DNA of 64,000 nucleotides. Source: Podarcis pityusensis (taxonomy: Eukaryota). The translations under genes and the position numbers were made by a program. Of this stretch, positions 48,301-62,349 are shown piece after piece. The DNA lies in the NCBI GenBank assembly GCA_964106645.2, contig OZ067043.1, one strand, 5' to 3'. Under the pieces are notes generated by a model. The model saw only the letters and a list, made by a program, of their open reading frames with translations, was not told where the DNA came from and did not search any database. The number at the start of each line of letters is the position of its first letter. The stretch's first letter is position 1.

Positions 48301-51300
48301 CATCCCACATCATTTAGTGCAGGGTCCCCGTCCCCCCCCCCACTCCTTGCCTCTGCCATTATCACCAAAGGAATATGCATGTGCTTGCAAGTGGGTTGTG
48401 TCAAGGTTAAACTGCACCAGCAGTTCAGTGACTTAGCTGGAAGCGTCCCTGAGGACTGAACACCAGAGCTAGAGCAGAGGTGTGAATCCATTACTGGAAT
48501 GGCTCTGCTTCCTTCTGATCCTGCTGGACACAGAGCTGCATCTGACCAGAGGATATGAATGGAATCAGCTGTCCTGCTGCTGTGTCCTCAATGGGTGGGG
48601 ATTATGTGCAATTATGTTGTCTGTTACAGCCAGCCACCCACAGTGTGTTTAAAAAATAAAATAAATCTTAAAGCATTTATTGTCATCTCTCTGACAAAGT
48701 ACAAGATTTGAACGCCTTCATTTTTTCCCACTAACGTGTTCAAACATGGGGATCTGCCTTGCTGAAAGAGCCTCAGGGGAAAGCATGGAAAGGGGGCAGG
48801 GAGCAGGAACTGCCAAGCTGTGATCAGACATTTCTGTTGGCCCAGCCAAGTCCAGACACTTCATAGCTGAACTATGTGATTTTAGCTGGATTCTAAGGGC
48901 TGCCGCCAACATGACTTTTTGAACATGTGCAGCTTAAAACCTGCTTCCGAAGAGGTGTGCAAATGCCATTTAAGAAGTCTGCTTCTCTAGAAATGTACAG
49001 ATTCAGTAAATCTCCATTTGCATGGATGTGTGTCATTTGCAATCAAACAGAGGCACATAGGAAAGCCTTAACTGACATTTGCATGGGTCCAAGGGGGGGG
49101 GTGTTTAAAAAGGAATATCAGGGCAGTTTCACTATGAAGTGAAATATCATCAGTAATCTTTGAAGGCCAATCCACAAAAGAAACTTAAGGCGGATCAGAG
49201 GAATACAGTCAGCGAAATGCCACGGTCCAAACCAGGGCAGGAAAGAAATCCATGCCTCAGAATTATATACTTCGTTCAATTTAGTTTAGTTTAATTTGGA
49301 GGTTTCATAAGTAGTCTGGTGCAGGTCACCACTAGAGCTATGTCTGCTGCTTGGCGAACAGATTGTCTCTTCTTTTTTGACAAAACCATGGGAGGAATTC
49401 AATTTCACATTATTATTATTGTTCTGCCAGTACAACCATTTTTTGCTCTCCTGCTCCCATGTGCTGTTCTAGGGATTCTCCCAACCCTCTGGGGTTGATT
49501 GGGGGGGGTGTGCATGGGCACATGGGGAGAGAAGATGAGGGGAAGCCACATTGCACTAGCCAGACTCATTGCTGATACAACTGTTTTGTTGAATCTAGGC
49601 CCCTGTGTTTTTGTCTCAAAAACTGAACCTGAAATGGGGGAGTTCTATTTCTAGAAATTGCCCAGTAAGTCCCTACACAGTCCTAGGACCAAAAAAGCTC
49701 AAAGACCCACAAGGATGTGATAACATGTGCCAAAGGCCAGCAGCTGATAGCATTTTAATCTTGTGCTGTAAATAATTATATCACAGAATATCAAAAGTGC
49801 TGAACCACTGTCTGAGCAGGTAATAGAAATTCATTGAGAGTGAATTTTCCTGAAAGCTGGAACTCTGCACCAAAGGTGTGTCAGCTCCAGCAGTTTTCAA
49901 GAGAAGAGTGTGATTTTTCTGAGTGTTTGGACCAGTCGATGTTATTATTTGCAGTGGTTTCCTTGCAGTAACCTTAAGCTGCTCCTGTTGAAATCCTATG
50001 ACGTCAAGAGAAGAAACAGCCCTGGAGTGGCACATGCCCTGCTGGCATTGAATTCAGGGTCAAATTTGCTGAATCCCAGGATGGCAAAGTATAAACACCT
50101 GAGGATTCACGCTAGGTTTGTTGCATATCCTTGTGAGAATATGAGATCCATTCTGCTTCAAAAACCCACTGCATAGCCAATGCGGCAAGATGCAGAAAGC
50201 CCCAGAAAAGAAATGTGTGTCTGCAGATCTGAAAACATTCTACCCCAAATACAGTGTATTTCTGTTTTGTTTTCCTGTGTGTTTCCATTCTGAGCTGTGG
50301 CAAAGGAAACAAGACAAGGACAAGTGACAGCAGAGCAAAGGGGGATTTTTCACTTCCAGAAGCACAAATATCATAGCACACATGCATATATACACAGAAA
50401 ACCATGAGCCAGTCAAACCTAATGAATAGGATGGGTTTTATTATTTTGTATTTAAATGATATAGTTCTTCTATTGCTGTAAACCATTTCGGATGGGCTTT
50501 GCATAGAAATGTAGCGTAGATATATTTTGAAATAAACAAATGCACGAATGTTTAAAAGCCAATACTTCTGACAATGGCATAACTGTACCATCTCAAATAG
50601 AGGAAACATTATCACTACCACATACAATTATATCTATAGTGTTGCCTTGTACAGGATACTCCTGGAAACAAAAGGGCAAGGATTAAAAGATTAGATAAAA
50701 TGGTGGTGGAAGAGCAACAAGCAATTCAATAGCCACAGTAAAACTGACACAAGCTGCCAATTACTCTGTTTAAACTTGCAAATAGCTGGAGGATATTTTC
50801 AACCCATGACCATTATACAATGCTGCAAAACGCATAGGCAGCTTGGAATGTGTGCCATTGCTTGAGCAACAGGTCAAAAGTCTGCGTCTCAAAAGAATTC
50901 AGGTTCTGGTTTTGCTTTCCTCATTTGTTCATTGTGGGCTGCCTTCCCCCTGAAATGTAGCCTTCTCTTTAATATGGAGACGGAAGAATGGGGATGAATT
51001 TCATAACGGTTTTTCTAGAATGACTGGTTTTAAATACTGTTCTTACGAGTTTTCTCTATACCCGTCCTCCGCTTCTACTTCCTTTTTAAAAATCATACTT
51101 TTTGTATTTTTAATATGTTTGTATTCATTTCTGTATGTTTGTGTAATGTATTGATAAATAAATTGTTTCAAAAGGAAGACAAAAGGCAGCTGGCTAGCTT
51201 AGGGAACACCGGGGGGGGGGCACACACAGCTCTGTCCCTGAGAGCAGAAGGAGCAGCTGAGAGAGATGCTGCCACCAACAACCCACGTACACCAGAATCT

Positions 51301-52342
51301 GCCACCTGAAGTGGCTTCCTCACTCTGCTTAATGGTAGAGCCGGCCCTGATGGCTGTCCCTGCTGCATAGGGGCAGCTGGAGCATATGAATTCCATCCCA
51401 AATGGTGTGTTTAGGAGGATTCTTATGCCAGAGTGTGGTGACAAGGCAAGTCAGAAGAGAAATCGTTGAGAAGGGAAATGAGCCTCTATAGAGAAAGTGG
51501 GGTTGTTGGAATGGACAAGGACTAAGAGAAGGGATGGTTTTAGCAAAGAAACCCGGTGCTTTGGCCCTGACATCCTGTTTCACAGGCCAAGAGTTGCCCT
51601 GCCCTTTCCCTGACTCATCACCTTTTCCCTTTGGAACAGGACACCAGGCAGCCAACACACCACAAAGACATGCTTGAGAATCCATGGCTCTCGCATGCAT
51701 AGGAAACAATTAGCAAAAATTGAGTCACGGAAGGCATGGCTGAAGTGTGCCAAACGGGAGTGGCTCAGGTTAGTTCTCCCGCCACTGTGTCCACATCATC
51801 AAAGAGAGTTCCACAGCGCAGTTCTCTAAAGTTCTACTCAGAAGTAAGTCCGTCCAGTTCAATGGGGCTTACTCATAGGCAAGTGTATACAGCATTTTAA
51901 TCAAAGGCACAGGAGCACAAAAAAGCCTCAATAGCATTTTGCCCATTTCCACAGGTGCTGGAACTGCATATTATGGGTGTGTCCAGGGAGAAAATCACCA
52001 GGTATCAGGTCTAAAAGGAGAGCGGCAAAGAAAGAAAAATGGATGGGGAGAAAGAAGAGAAGAGAGAAGGGTTGACCTACCCACTTTGGGCCCTAGCCAC
52101 TGCTGATATACAGGTCCCCCACCACCGATGATGTCCTCAACTGGGGTGGGGGACCTCCCCACTTCTGATATAACACATAAAGGTTGCAAACCAAGGACTC
52201 TGGTGGCAGCCCCAATGCCACTATGGTAGTGCACAAGCGGATCACCACAGGAGATGGCCAGAAAGTGGTACCAAAGGTGCTGAAGATACACACCCTTACC
52301 CTAGTATTTGACACCCAGGATATATAGAGATACCTGGAGATA

Positions 52343-52594
52343 CAGTGGTACCTCTGGATGCAAACAGGATCCATTCTGGAGCCCCATTCGCATCCTGAAG
52401 TGAACGCAACCCGAGTCTGCGCATACGCAAGTCGCGAGTCGCCGCATCTGCGCATGCGTGTGACTTCATTTTGAGCGTATGCACATGCACAAGCGGCGAA
52501 ACCCAGAAGTAACGTGTTCCATTACTTCCGGGTCGCTGCAGAACGTAACCTGAAAATGCTCAACCTGAAGCATATTTAACCCGAGGTATGACTA
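52343..52594. mobile_element. Tc1/mariner-type MITE
   Basis: TA|cagtggtacctc...gaggtatgacta|TA; related to 4898-5102. Confidence 0.8.
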
Positions 52595-53468
52595 TATAGA
52601 TATACATACAGTATTTTAGTTTCCAGTCTAGCCTCATAACTGTAATTGGTTATAAACTGTTTTTAATATTGTATTTTTAAATTGCTGTAACCTGCCGTAG
52701 GACTTTATGGTGAAGGGCTGGTAAGAAATATTAATGATGATGATGATGATGATGCAGCTGCCAGCCCAGCCCAGATATAATAAGTCAGTCATCTGGCCCT
52801 TAAAAGCTACTGACTGCTGCCTGAGCCCTCGCTTTGATTGCTTCTCCCAGCTTGACTTTCTGTGGAACTGCCTGCATCCCTCCAGGCCACTACCTCTGAC
52901 TGTTTCCTGATTAAACTCTGGCAAAACGCAACTCACCAATCCTAAATATTTGCAGTGACATATCTGTCCACAACGTTCACGTGATACTATGGTTTGTGAC
53001 AATTCGTGCTCCTTTAGCAGATAATCTATCTTGAATGCCTATTGGGCTTCAAGTGTTGGTAGGCTTCTGTTTCATAAGGCTCTTTTCTGTTTATTTTTTT
53101 TCTTTCAGATTATCTAAGAACATCAGAGTCCTACTACATCAAATCAAAGGCCCATCTAGTCCAGCAGCCTGTACTCTCAACCAGACAGATGCCAAGGGGA
53201 AGCCCAAAAGTAAGACCTGAGCATGGCAGCACTCTAACCATTGTACTCCTGAGCAACTGGAATTTAGAGGAACACCTCTTGTGATACTGGAGGTAGGACA
53301 TAGTCATCATCACAGCCAATGGCCATTGGTAGACTTATTGTCCATGGATTTATCAAAGCCTCTTTTAAAGTTGGTGATGGGAACCATTGCTTCATCTTAT
53401 GGCTGTGAATTCCATAGTTTAACTATGCACAGTGGGAAGAGAGTTCTTCCCTTTGTCTGTCCTCTTCC

Positions 53469-54067
53469 TGTGGGATGTAGCATAAGCAGTCAAGTACAAC
53501 ACTTTCTGTTTGCCCAGAGTGGACACACAGGGGGATGTTACTCCAGCCAGGAGGACTTCCTGTTACACCTGTCTGGAGCATCCTCCCCCTGCATGTGACC
53601 AGGTAGATAGGAGTGACCCTGTGAGACCCTGTGAGAGGGCCAGTCACACAGCCATCTTCCTCTTTGACTCTCTTCTGATATTGATGTTATTTTGCTGTCT
53701 GCTGGCTCTCAGCCAGCAGCACATGGACTCATTCCCATATGGGATTAACTCAAACCCTTTTCTGTAACTACAAGCTAAAGCCTGCCTTCAGGGAATCTAT
53801 TGTGAACTGAATGCAAGTAAACTTTTTATCATTACTTTTAAAAGAAGACTTTTGTGTCTTTATTCTTTTTAAGATGGAACAAAGGGAATTTACCAGGAAC
53901 AAACCCAATCTGGACAAGCCAGATGGGATTGTTTAAGTAAAGAGATTCAACGGAATCTACCAACTAGCTTCCTGCTATACACTGGGGACTGTACTCTGCT
54001 ACTGACTTACTAGCATGAGTGGGGAAGGATAATATTTAATCAATATATCCTCTCCTACTATCCCACA
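53469..54067. mobile_element. Probable solo LTR (about 600 bp) interrupting a CR1 remnant
   Basis: Termini TGTGGGATGTAG...CTACTATCCCACA (TG..CA inverted ends); CR1-like sequence resumes on the other side; TSD is not clean. Confidence 0.5.
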
Positions 54068-54300
54068 ACATTTCCACACTACCAGCATTCAGCATCATGG
54101 GGGACCTTAGGTTATCCCAAGAAACCACTGGTTCATCTACCTCTGTACTATTTATGCTTACTGGTAGTGGTTCTCCAGGATTTCAAACAAAGGTCCTGCC
54201 CAGCCTTCTTTGGAAATGCCAGGGATTGAAACTGAACTGGGGGCTTTTTGCATGCCAAGCAGAAGCTCTCCTGCTCAGCTAAGGACCTACCTTCCTATAT

Positions 54301-54303
<3 letters not shown>

Positions 54304-54342
<39 letters not shown>
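54304..54342. repeat. (GA)n microsatellite
   Basis: Directly visible. Confidence 0.95.
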
Positions 54343-54346
<4 letters not shown>

Positions 54347-56349
54347 CCAATATTCTTGGATGGGCCTGCCTCTCACTGTGTGTTCTAGCAACTAGCACGA
54401 GGTGGCTCTGATCTTGTTGGCAGCCTGCCAAATTATCTTCTTGGGTGGGGGGCAGCATGGCTACCTATCAACAGTAGCTGTCAAAGAAATCAAGATGGAG
54501 GAAACATTGGCTAGATAACCCTGACCCAAAGTTTCCCTCAAATCACTAGAAAAACAGACTAGGTAATTCTGCAGCATGTTTATTTAGCCACACCTGCAAT
54601 TTTGTTTTCATCAGTGCTCAGATGGAAACATCCCTGAACGAGGTGAGAAAGAGGCACTCCACCAATAGCCTTGGGGGAATGTTCCTTGAACTGAAATATA
54701 ATAAGATTGATTTCACCTTCCTAGGTATACATCCTACATTCATCTTTACATTTCCAACAATGTTTAATGTTTGATTGACAGAATGCCACTGACTCTTGTT
54801 ACCAATAAATTAACAGAGCTCAAGAAGCACCACAGAGACGACTAAAAGATAATCTAAGGTAACATACACAAAGCTTAGCAAATTAACCGTATTCCTGAAG
54901 TGCCCTTCCTTTCTTCGCCCTTCCTTAGTTGACATACCCCCAAGTATCTTACAATGCCGGAACAGAGTGAATGAAACAAATTGCAGAGAAGACAACTCGT
55001 GTTGTGTGGTGGTTAAGAAACCCAGCTGTGAATCAGGACATCCCAGGTTCATATCTCACAACTCCATGAGCTCACTGGGTAGCACTGGGAGATCCACTTT
55101 CTCAGCCTGAGTCTCCCATCTGCTAAATGGAGGTTAATAATAATACTGACTTACCTTACAGGTAAGGATTGCAACCTGATAATATATGAAAAATATGCTT
55201 TGAACACCAAAAAAAGCTTTGAAAGCACCATAAAAAAGTTCAGTATTATTCTCCCTTTAGCAATAGGATTTGGCTGGGGGGAGGGGGGAATCTAGAGAAC
55301 CAAGAGTTATATTTTATATGATATGAAAACTCATTCTACCCTTGTATCAGTTTAAGTTTCAGATTTTGCTTTGTCTTTAAATCATGTTCCTCTACCCCAG
55401 TTTGGTCTAACTTCAAATAAATTTTTTAACCAAGTCAATGCATCAGCCAGAGAGATCAGAGAATGCATTCAGTTAAAAAAGAAAATCCCAACTGACTTGA
55501 ATGTGCTTGGGAGCCCAGCCATCTAACCGGCATTAGAGAGCCAATGCAAGCTCCCAATAAAATTTATTGCTTTGGCATTGGCTTGAGTGGCTTCTTGGCT
55601 GCTCAGCGTTTGGCTGAAACACACAAGCTGCAGCCCTACACCATATACAAGGGGAGCAGGCACAGAAAGGCCTTTCATAAGAAGCCAAGGTAGCCTCCCC
55701 TTCCGTACCTGGGCATTCATGCCAGCCAATGCTACGTTGAGTGTGCTGGATGTCAGAAGGCCCATCCCTCTCCATCCTTCTAAACCAAGTATGGGGAAAC
55801 TGGTCCTTCAGATGTTGCTGCGCTGCAACTCCCATCATCCCTGGCCTTTAGACATGCTTGCTGGGGCAAATGGGAGTTGTAGTTCAGCAGCTCCTGCAGT
55901 GCCAGATATTCTAAATGGAGGTCCCTTCATGCCCTCACCTTAGAACCTGTTATTGTTCTGCTCCTGCTTTTCATGGGGAAGCAGCTGTGTACTAGGGAGC
56001 AGTGGGTGGAGTGGGATATTGGATGCAAGATGCAGAGGGGGCTCCATTTAAAATGTTTGGCCTGCAGGGTATTTGACGCAACAGCAGAGCGCCAAGCATG
56101 GAGATTGCCTAGGGATGGGGAGGAAATGGCTGCAGTGGTTTAGGAGAGCCCGCTGTGACTCTCGCTCCTTTCACAGGGTTGCGGGGTGAAGAAATGCAGT
56201 CATTGTCTGCTTGCTTCCTCCCATCCATCCATACAATTCTCCAATTGGTTTGATACAGCAAAAATAGATTATACTTCCATTTGTTACAATCCCAGTCAGC
56301 TCCAATCCAAAACTTAAAAGTAAGATTAGAATTACAATACACTGTGAAC

Positions 56350-56503
56350 CAGGGGCGTCAACTTGGATAGAATATTGCGGGAGGAAAACCCTGTCCCACA
56401 TAATCGATCACATGACACAGCACGCGCACCATTTGAATGGCAATGCCCATCAACTGGGGGGGGGGCGCGAAGGGACCTTGGCCCCTAGGAGTTGGCTCCT
56501 GTG
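56350..56503. mobile_element. Probable hAT-type MITE
   Basis: Imperfect 14-bp TIR (caggggcgtcaact vs cacaggagccaact); 8-bp TSD ctgtgaac / ctgtgaaa. Confidence 0.5.
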
Positions 56504-56728
56504 CTGTGAAACCTTGTCAAGATTTATTGTTATTCACTTCTATTTGTTTGTTTTTTTAATAATATTTTTATTGACCTTTTACGAAAACAAAAGCATTTTG
56601 TTCACTTCTATTTGTTTATACTGTACTCTACACTTCAGCCCTCCATGCTCTGGTAATTTCCAGACTGGATTATTGCCATGTGTTCAACATGGAACTGCCC
56701 TAGAACTCAGAAACGATTAACAATAGTA

Positions 56729-57153
56729 CAGTGGTGCCCCGCAAGACGAATGCCTCGCAAGACGGAAAACCCGCTAGACGAAAGGGTTTTCCGTTTTGGA
56801 GGTGCTTCACAAAACGAATTTCCTATGTGCTTGCTTCGCAAGACGAAAATGTCTTGCGAGTTCCTGCAGGGTTTTTTTCCTTTTCCCCCCCTTTTTCCCA
56901 AGCCGCTAAACCGCTTATCAGCTGATGGCTAAGCCGCTTATCAGCTGATCTTTAAGCCGCTTAACAGCTGATGCTAAGCCGCTTATCAGCTGATCGTTAA
57001 GCCGCTTATCAGCTGATCTTTAAGCCGGCTAAGCCGCTAATACTGTAGCGCTAAGCCGCTAAACCTCTAATGGGCTTGCTTCGCAAGACGAAAAAACCCG
57101 CAAGACGAAGAGACTCGCGGAACGGATTCTTTTCGTCTTGCGAGGCACCACTG
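56729..57153. mobile_element. Tc1/mariner-type MITE with an internal tandem array
   Basis: TA|cagtggtgccccgcaagacgaa...ttcgtcttgcgaggcaccactg|TA, 22-bp TIR with one mismatch. Confidence 0.88.
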
Positions 57154-57384
57154 TACAGTGATTTCCCTTCTGTCTCAGTCACAGCAGTCACTATGGAGAA
57201 ATTATCATAACACTCTAGATTGAAGTATACCCTGTGGACATGAACTTAATCTCCAAAGTAAAAGATTTTCTAAGTCTGTTTCAATATCTGTACCTGAATT
57301 TGTCCTAGAAGACAACACTTTGTGCTTGGTAATTGTTTTTAAAATTGTCAATGAAGTGTGGAAGAAGAAGAAGAAGTAGTATCC

Positions 57385-57900
57385 AAAAATGCAATCGTCA
57401 GGTTACTGGCTGGGATTTGGTTTAGAACCCACACAACCCTTGTTATAGAACAACAGCACTGTTTGTTGGTTTGTTTCCTGGTCCAATTCAGGATGCTCCC
57501 ACTAACTTTTAAGGCCTTAATGACCTGGCTCCAAATACTTGCAAGGCAGTTTCATTCCCGACAAACCTTACTGGATGTCATCAGCAGATATGGTCATCTT
57601 GGTAGTTCCACCACCCTCAGAAAAACTCAAGGAGTGGTAGCCCAGGAGAGGGATCCTAGGTTGTGGAGTTCCCTCCCTACAAAAATATATCTGGCACCTT
57701 TTTGTCTGTGTTGAAGATACACCTCTTTACCCCGGCTTTTGACACTTAAGTTATATGTTTTTGGGACCCACCCTGTCATTGTGATTTGTTTAAACTGTTT
57801 GAATGTTGTATTTTAAATTGTTGGGACCTATCCAGCGACCTTAATGTGAAGACTGTAATAAACCAAAATAAAATAATGATAATAAAAATATAAAATAATA
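57385..57900 (+). mobile_element. Old degenerate L2 3' fragment
   Basis: Decayed Q.NA..RL, QFR.L.LTFKAL and LW.SLP motifs with an AAT-rich tail. Other old L2 remnants at about 6640-6890 and 59950-60150 (SRLDYCN), both minus. Confidence 0.6.
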
Positions 57901-58298
57901 ATAGGGTTTCCTGGGGGGGGGGGGGCTAATGTAGTGAATAAATGTGATGTGATAAAAAAATTAAAGATATCAATAAGATATCACTGACTATCTCAAAGAG
58001 TGAAAAACTGAAGGCACCAAAATATAAAAAGCTTGAAATGTGTTTTGTCTTTGACAGAGCTGACATGGAAAGGATTTTTAAGCTTAGTGGTTATCCCAAC
58101 AAAATGTCTTCCTGTGAGAGGGCTGTGGATAACAACCAAATTACTACCCATGATGCTAGACTTGTAACAGTGTTAGCTGTGCCACTCACTGCTAAAGCCA
58201 ACTGCAAATCAGTACCTAAACAGAGAATTGTTTTGGGGGAATCTCAAAGCAGTTGATCCAGCAAAAGTGTTGACTTTACTGCTTCATTAGTCTCTTAC

Positions 58299-58369
58299 CT
58301 CGAAATTTCTTGGGTGGGTTATCCAAATCACCAGCTGTTGGTTCCACCACACACCGGTCATCCACCAGC
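58299..58369 (-). CDS. ITPR3: ITPR3 exon 2 (71 nt)
   Basis: (G)[23 protein letters not shown]; tttttcag acceptor, gtaaga donor. Confidence 0.95.
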
Positions 58370-58479
58370 CTGAAAAACAAGCAAGAAAATATTCAGTTAT
58401 GGTATTTGACTTTGAACTCAGTGATTTCAATGGTCTGAAAAGTTATCTGTTCTATTGTCTCCTTGCTCTGCCAGCTCCC

Positions 58480-58564
58480 TCAGCCTGAAGTGAGATGAGT
58501 GCTGCACCCCATATTAAAGTTTGACTGAACTTAACCATCCAGGGGTCCTTTACCTTTACCTTTA
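58480..58564 (+). mobile_element. Truncated Sauria-type SINE 3' end
   Basis: ttaaccatccaggggtcctttacctttaccttta tail. Confidence 0.7.
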
Positions 58565-61500
58565 TCACAGAGAACAGGAGACACAGGGTGACATCCTGCT
58601 TTGTGTTTGCTAAAGCTGCAAAAATAATTCAAAGCAATAACACAGATTCCTAGACCTAGTCGTAAATTTTGGGGATACAGCATCATTATTTTATGGTACA
58701 CCAGCAGCACCTTGGGGTGGGATATCCAAACAATCAGGCATCTGGTTTGTTTGTTTTTGTTTGTGCGCACACACCAGAGACCAAATGTGCTTTCAAAAAT
58801 AAATTAAAAATTCCCTTTTTTAAAAAATGAATAAAAATAAATCTTGAACATTCTGTAGCAGTGCAGCTAAACTTGAAAATTATCATTTGCCAAGATGTTC
58901 TAAAACAGACAGCTAATGCAAAAGCTTCAAAATGTATTATGTGTTGAATCTGCAGAATAATTATGTCTAATCTTGTGACTTTGAGGAAGCCAATTCATGA
59001 TTTTGAACATCTAGGGTTACTCATACTAGACTACTGAGTTACTCAAAAGACATACCGGTAATTTGGTACATCTTTCTGACAGCCCATATATTTGAGAACA
59101 ATCGCTTTCATTCTAAGTGTCAACTAACTTCTCTATTAAGCATAATCATTTCCACAATAACCTAAGAATTACAATTCCTTTTTGTTTCATTTTGGAAATA
59201 ACGCAACAACAGCAGTGATAACCTTTCATGTTTTTGAACGCTTTTCAATCTGATCTTAAATGTTGAAGAAGCTTTTTGTCTCTCTACATACTCTTCCTCC
59301 ACATTGGAGACTTTCTCGACGTTGGCTAATATAAGAACTCAGTGAGTGCTTGGATATGAAACATATGAGGCAGTATTAGACCAGGACAGAAAGACCAGGC
59401 CTCTCTTCTGCCTGCTACCCAAGATCCATTTAACTGGAGATACCAGGGGTTAAACCTGGGACTTTGATAATTCATTCAGCCTGCTTAGGCAACAGTACCT
59501 AATACATAAACATTCTGTGCAATTAAAAAGTTATTTCCTATTTGTCAACAGAAACCCCTCTGCACTATGCTAATGAGGAAGGTGGTTTGGTAACTTGCCA
59601 TCATCGTTCTCAGTATATAAAATAACATAACTCCTTGGTGTATTTTGGCATGTATGCTTACAGTTGCAACACAGTGCAGAACACTGCCATCATAAATCAA
59701 TAGTGGCCAGTAGTATAACACAGATGCTGGGGGTGTACCTCCTCAAACCTAGGGCTCCCACCCCCCTCATTTCAGGAGCCACAATAACTCTGGTGCATCT
59801 TGCTCTTTTTTGAAGTTTATTTCTATCTTGACTTTGGCTGCAAGCTTTAAATGATAAAACATGTAATTGAATGTTTAATCATTTGAATGTGTCACTGTTT
59901 AAACAGTGGAGCCAAGAAGGAAGGGCACATTGATATGGAGACCATGTAAGCATGCGCAGCATTGAGTGTGTTACAATAATCCAGTCTTGAGATTATTACC
60001 AGCTCATGGATCACTGCAGGCAAATTATCCTGATCCAGGAACAGTTGCAGCTGCTGCACCAGCCCAAGCTGGGAGAAGGCCCTCATAACTTCTGAGGCAA
60101 CTAAGTTTCGAGCAACAGTGACTGGACAGCTCCATTAAGTGCCCAGGCTGGAAAATCCATATGAACAGAGTCCACATGTTCCAGCAGCAGTCAGCCTCAG
60201 ATTAAGAAGCTGCAGGTCTGACTAGCTCCCTCTGCCTTCTATGATAAAGGAGAGCACCTTGGTTGAGCAGTCATAAGCTTCAACAGAGTGGAAGGGCCTG
60301 TGGTTCCACTCGGACAGGGGTGGGAAACCCTTGTGGCCTCCTGGATGTTGCTGAACTGCAATTCCCATCAGCCACAGCAAGAATGGTCAATGGATGATGA
60401 CAGCTGTAGTTCAGCAACCTGGTGGACCAAAGGTTCCCCATCTTTGCATGAGGGTTTCTGAGCTACAGTCCTCAGAGTCAGAGGCAAAGGAGGCAGGTCC
60501 ATTAGGGCAAAGGGGGCACTGGCTGACCAATCTCAGTCTGCTTCAGCCAAACCCCCACCAGCTTGCCTTCTTATTGACAAAACTCAGGGATCATTCTGTG
60601 CATCATTGGCTCAGCTTCCCTGACTTGCCACCCTACCAACGCCAATTGGCACCAGCCACCACACCTTGGGCCAGAGAGATGCAGGTTAGTCGTACCTTGT
60701 AAGTCAGAGCCAGAGCAACAGACACAACAGTGTACAAGTGAAAACATGACCAGGCTGTAGGTGATAAGCTTATTTTAGGATCCCCAGATTACTAATAAAG
60801 CACATTTCCCAGTTGGATGAATACGACTGTGCCACAGGTGTCTATTTTGCATTGTTTTTAAACTCAACTTCTGTTAATTGTGTATTGTTCTTTAGCTTTT
60901 ATTTTTAGATTTGTTACATCACCTTGGGGCATATGTGGAAGGTGATTAAACAACAATAATCCCCCCATTGCCTTCACAGAAACAATATGGTACGATATTA
61001 CAGGCTGTCAATACATTACGCTGGGAAGAATGTTGCAAAAGAAGGCAATGGGGATTCCAGCAGGATCTGAGAACAGCTGCGTGTTGAACAACCTGTTGCT
61101 TGTATATCGGGGGACCCTGTTGCTCCAGAGAATCAGGCTCTGCCTGCTAGAGCACTTCATTCCATCTGTCTCCTTTCCAGCTCTTCCTATAGTAGTGAAA
61201 CAAACAGCTAGCTGCTCCTGGCACTTAGGGAAGCACATTAACCAGGCAGCCAAAATTTCAAACGTACACCAGTTTTTACTCAATGCATTCAAACATTGCC
61301 AAGGTGTCCTCAGCAGGAAGGCTCAGGGTGAAGGTTGGGTCCCACAGCGGTAATCCTTTCTCTTTGTGACTAGAGATGGTCTTCAACAAGCAATTCTAAC
61401 ATGACTGATCAGGATCCATTACTAGGTTATGGTAGATCCCGAGGCTACTGGCACTGCCAGTAGTAGCTCAACATTTCTGGGTGTGCCAGCTAACTATAAA

Positions 61501-62349
61501 AAATGTAAATTGGGTCACCAGATTCATGTTGACATTAGCATTCCATGAAATGATACTGCACACTTATCCAAATTTAAGGGTTCTTTTCTTCCATTTCAAA
61601 AAGTAATTCTTTTTGTTTGCTTAACTATTATCTAACAGTGGACACTTCAGCAGTGAACCTTGGTGAATAAGGAGTAGAATAATCCAGAGAAGGGTTTTCA
61701 CTACTGACACTGTGACCCCAACTACATGTGATGCTCATTCACAAACATCTCTCCTCCCCAACTTTCTTTTTTTAAACATAAGCAGACAAAATTGCTACAA
61801 AAGGAGGGGGATTCACTTAACCTTTTCACCTCTGGCTGTTTCACAGCTCAAAAGCATTTCCTGCCATCACTACCACCCAACAGCACAAGTGAAAATGTAT
61901 GGGGCATTTTCACGAGTGACACTGAGAAGAGCTTTTAATCTTGTGGAGGGGAGTGTCTGTTAATGCAGGAAAGAAAAGTGCAGGCAGCAACTTGTGAAAA
62001 TACCCTAAAAGGTATGGGTGTAAACATCCCTAGTTAGATAGCATGAGCTGTATCTCAAGTTGTACTCAGAGTAAATTGAACAGACCTAAGTTAGTCGTGT
62101 CCTGAAATTTTAATGGGTTTACTCTGAAAAGGACTAACATGATTGGATACAACTCTATGTCCCAAACAAAGGCAAAGTGATTTTATGGAGTGGTGGGGAA
62201 CTCTCTTATTAAAGAAGTTAGGAAACCAGGTTCAGCAGATTCCAGCCAAAAAACCTTATGTCAGTTAAGAGCTTTCAGAAATATGAAGTTCATCTGCCAC
62301 CTGAAAGCCAGTAGAAAGCAAACCATGGGAATATACATCAACTTGGGTG

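Larger units (their letters stand above)
606..58369 (-). other. ITPR3: ITPR3 gene body, partial: coding exons 2-45 (human numbering)
   Basis: 44 exons join in frame into an IP3 receptor sequence. Type-3-specific segments include [56 protein letters not shown] and WDYKNIIEKLQ. Exon sizes (71,122,87,159,99,84,147,96...) match the human ITPR3 structure as recalled. Confidence 0.97.

Noticed and set aside
50112-50627. 171-aa hydrophobic minus-strand ORF
   Set aside because: AT-rich intronic sequence with a non-ATG start and no recognisable motif
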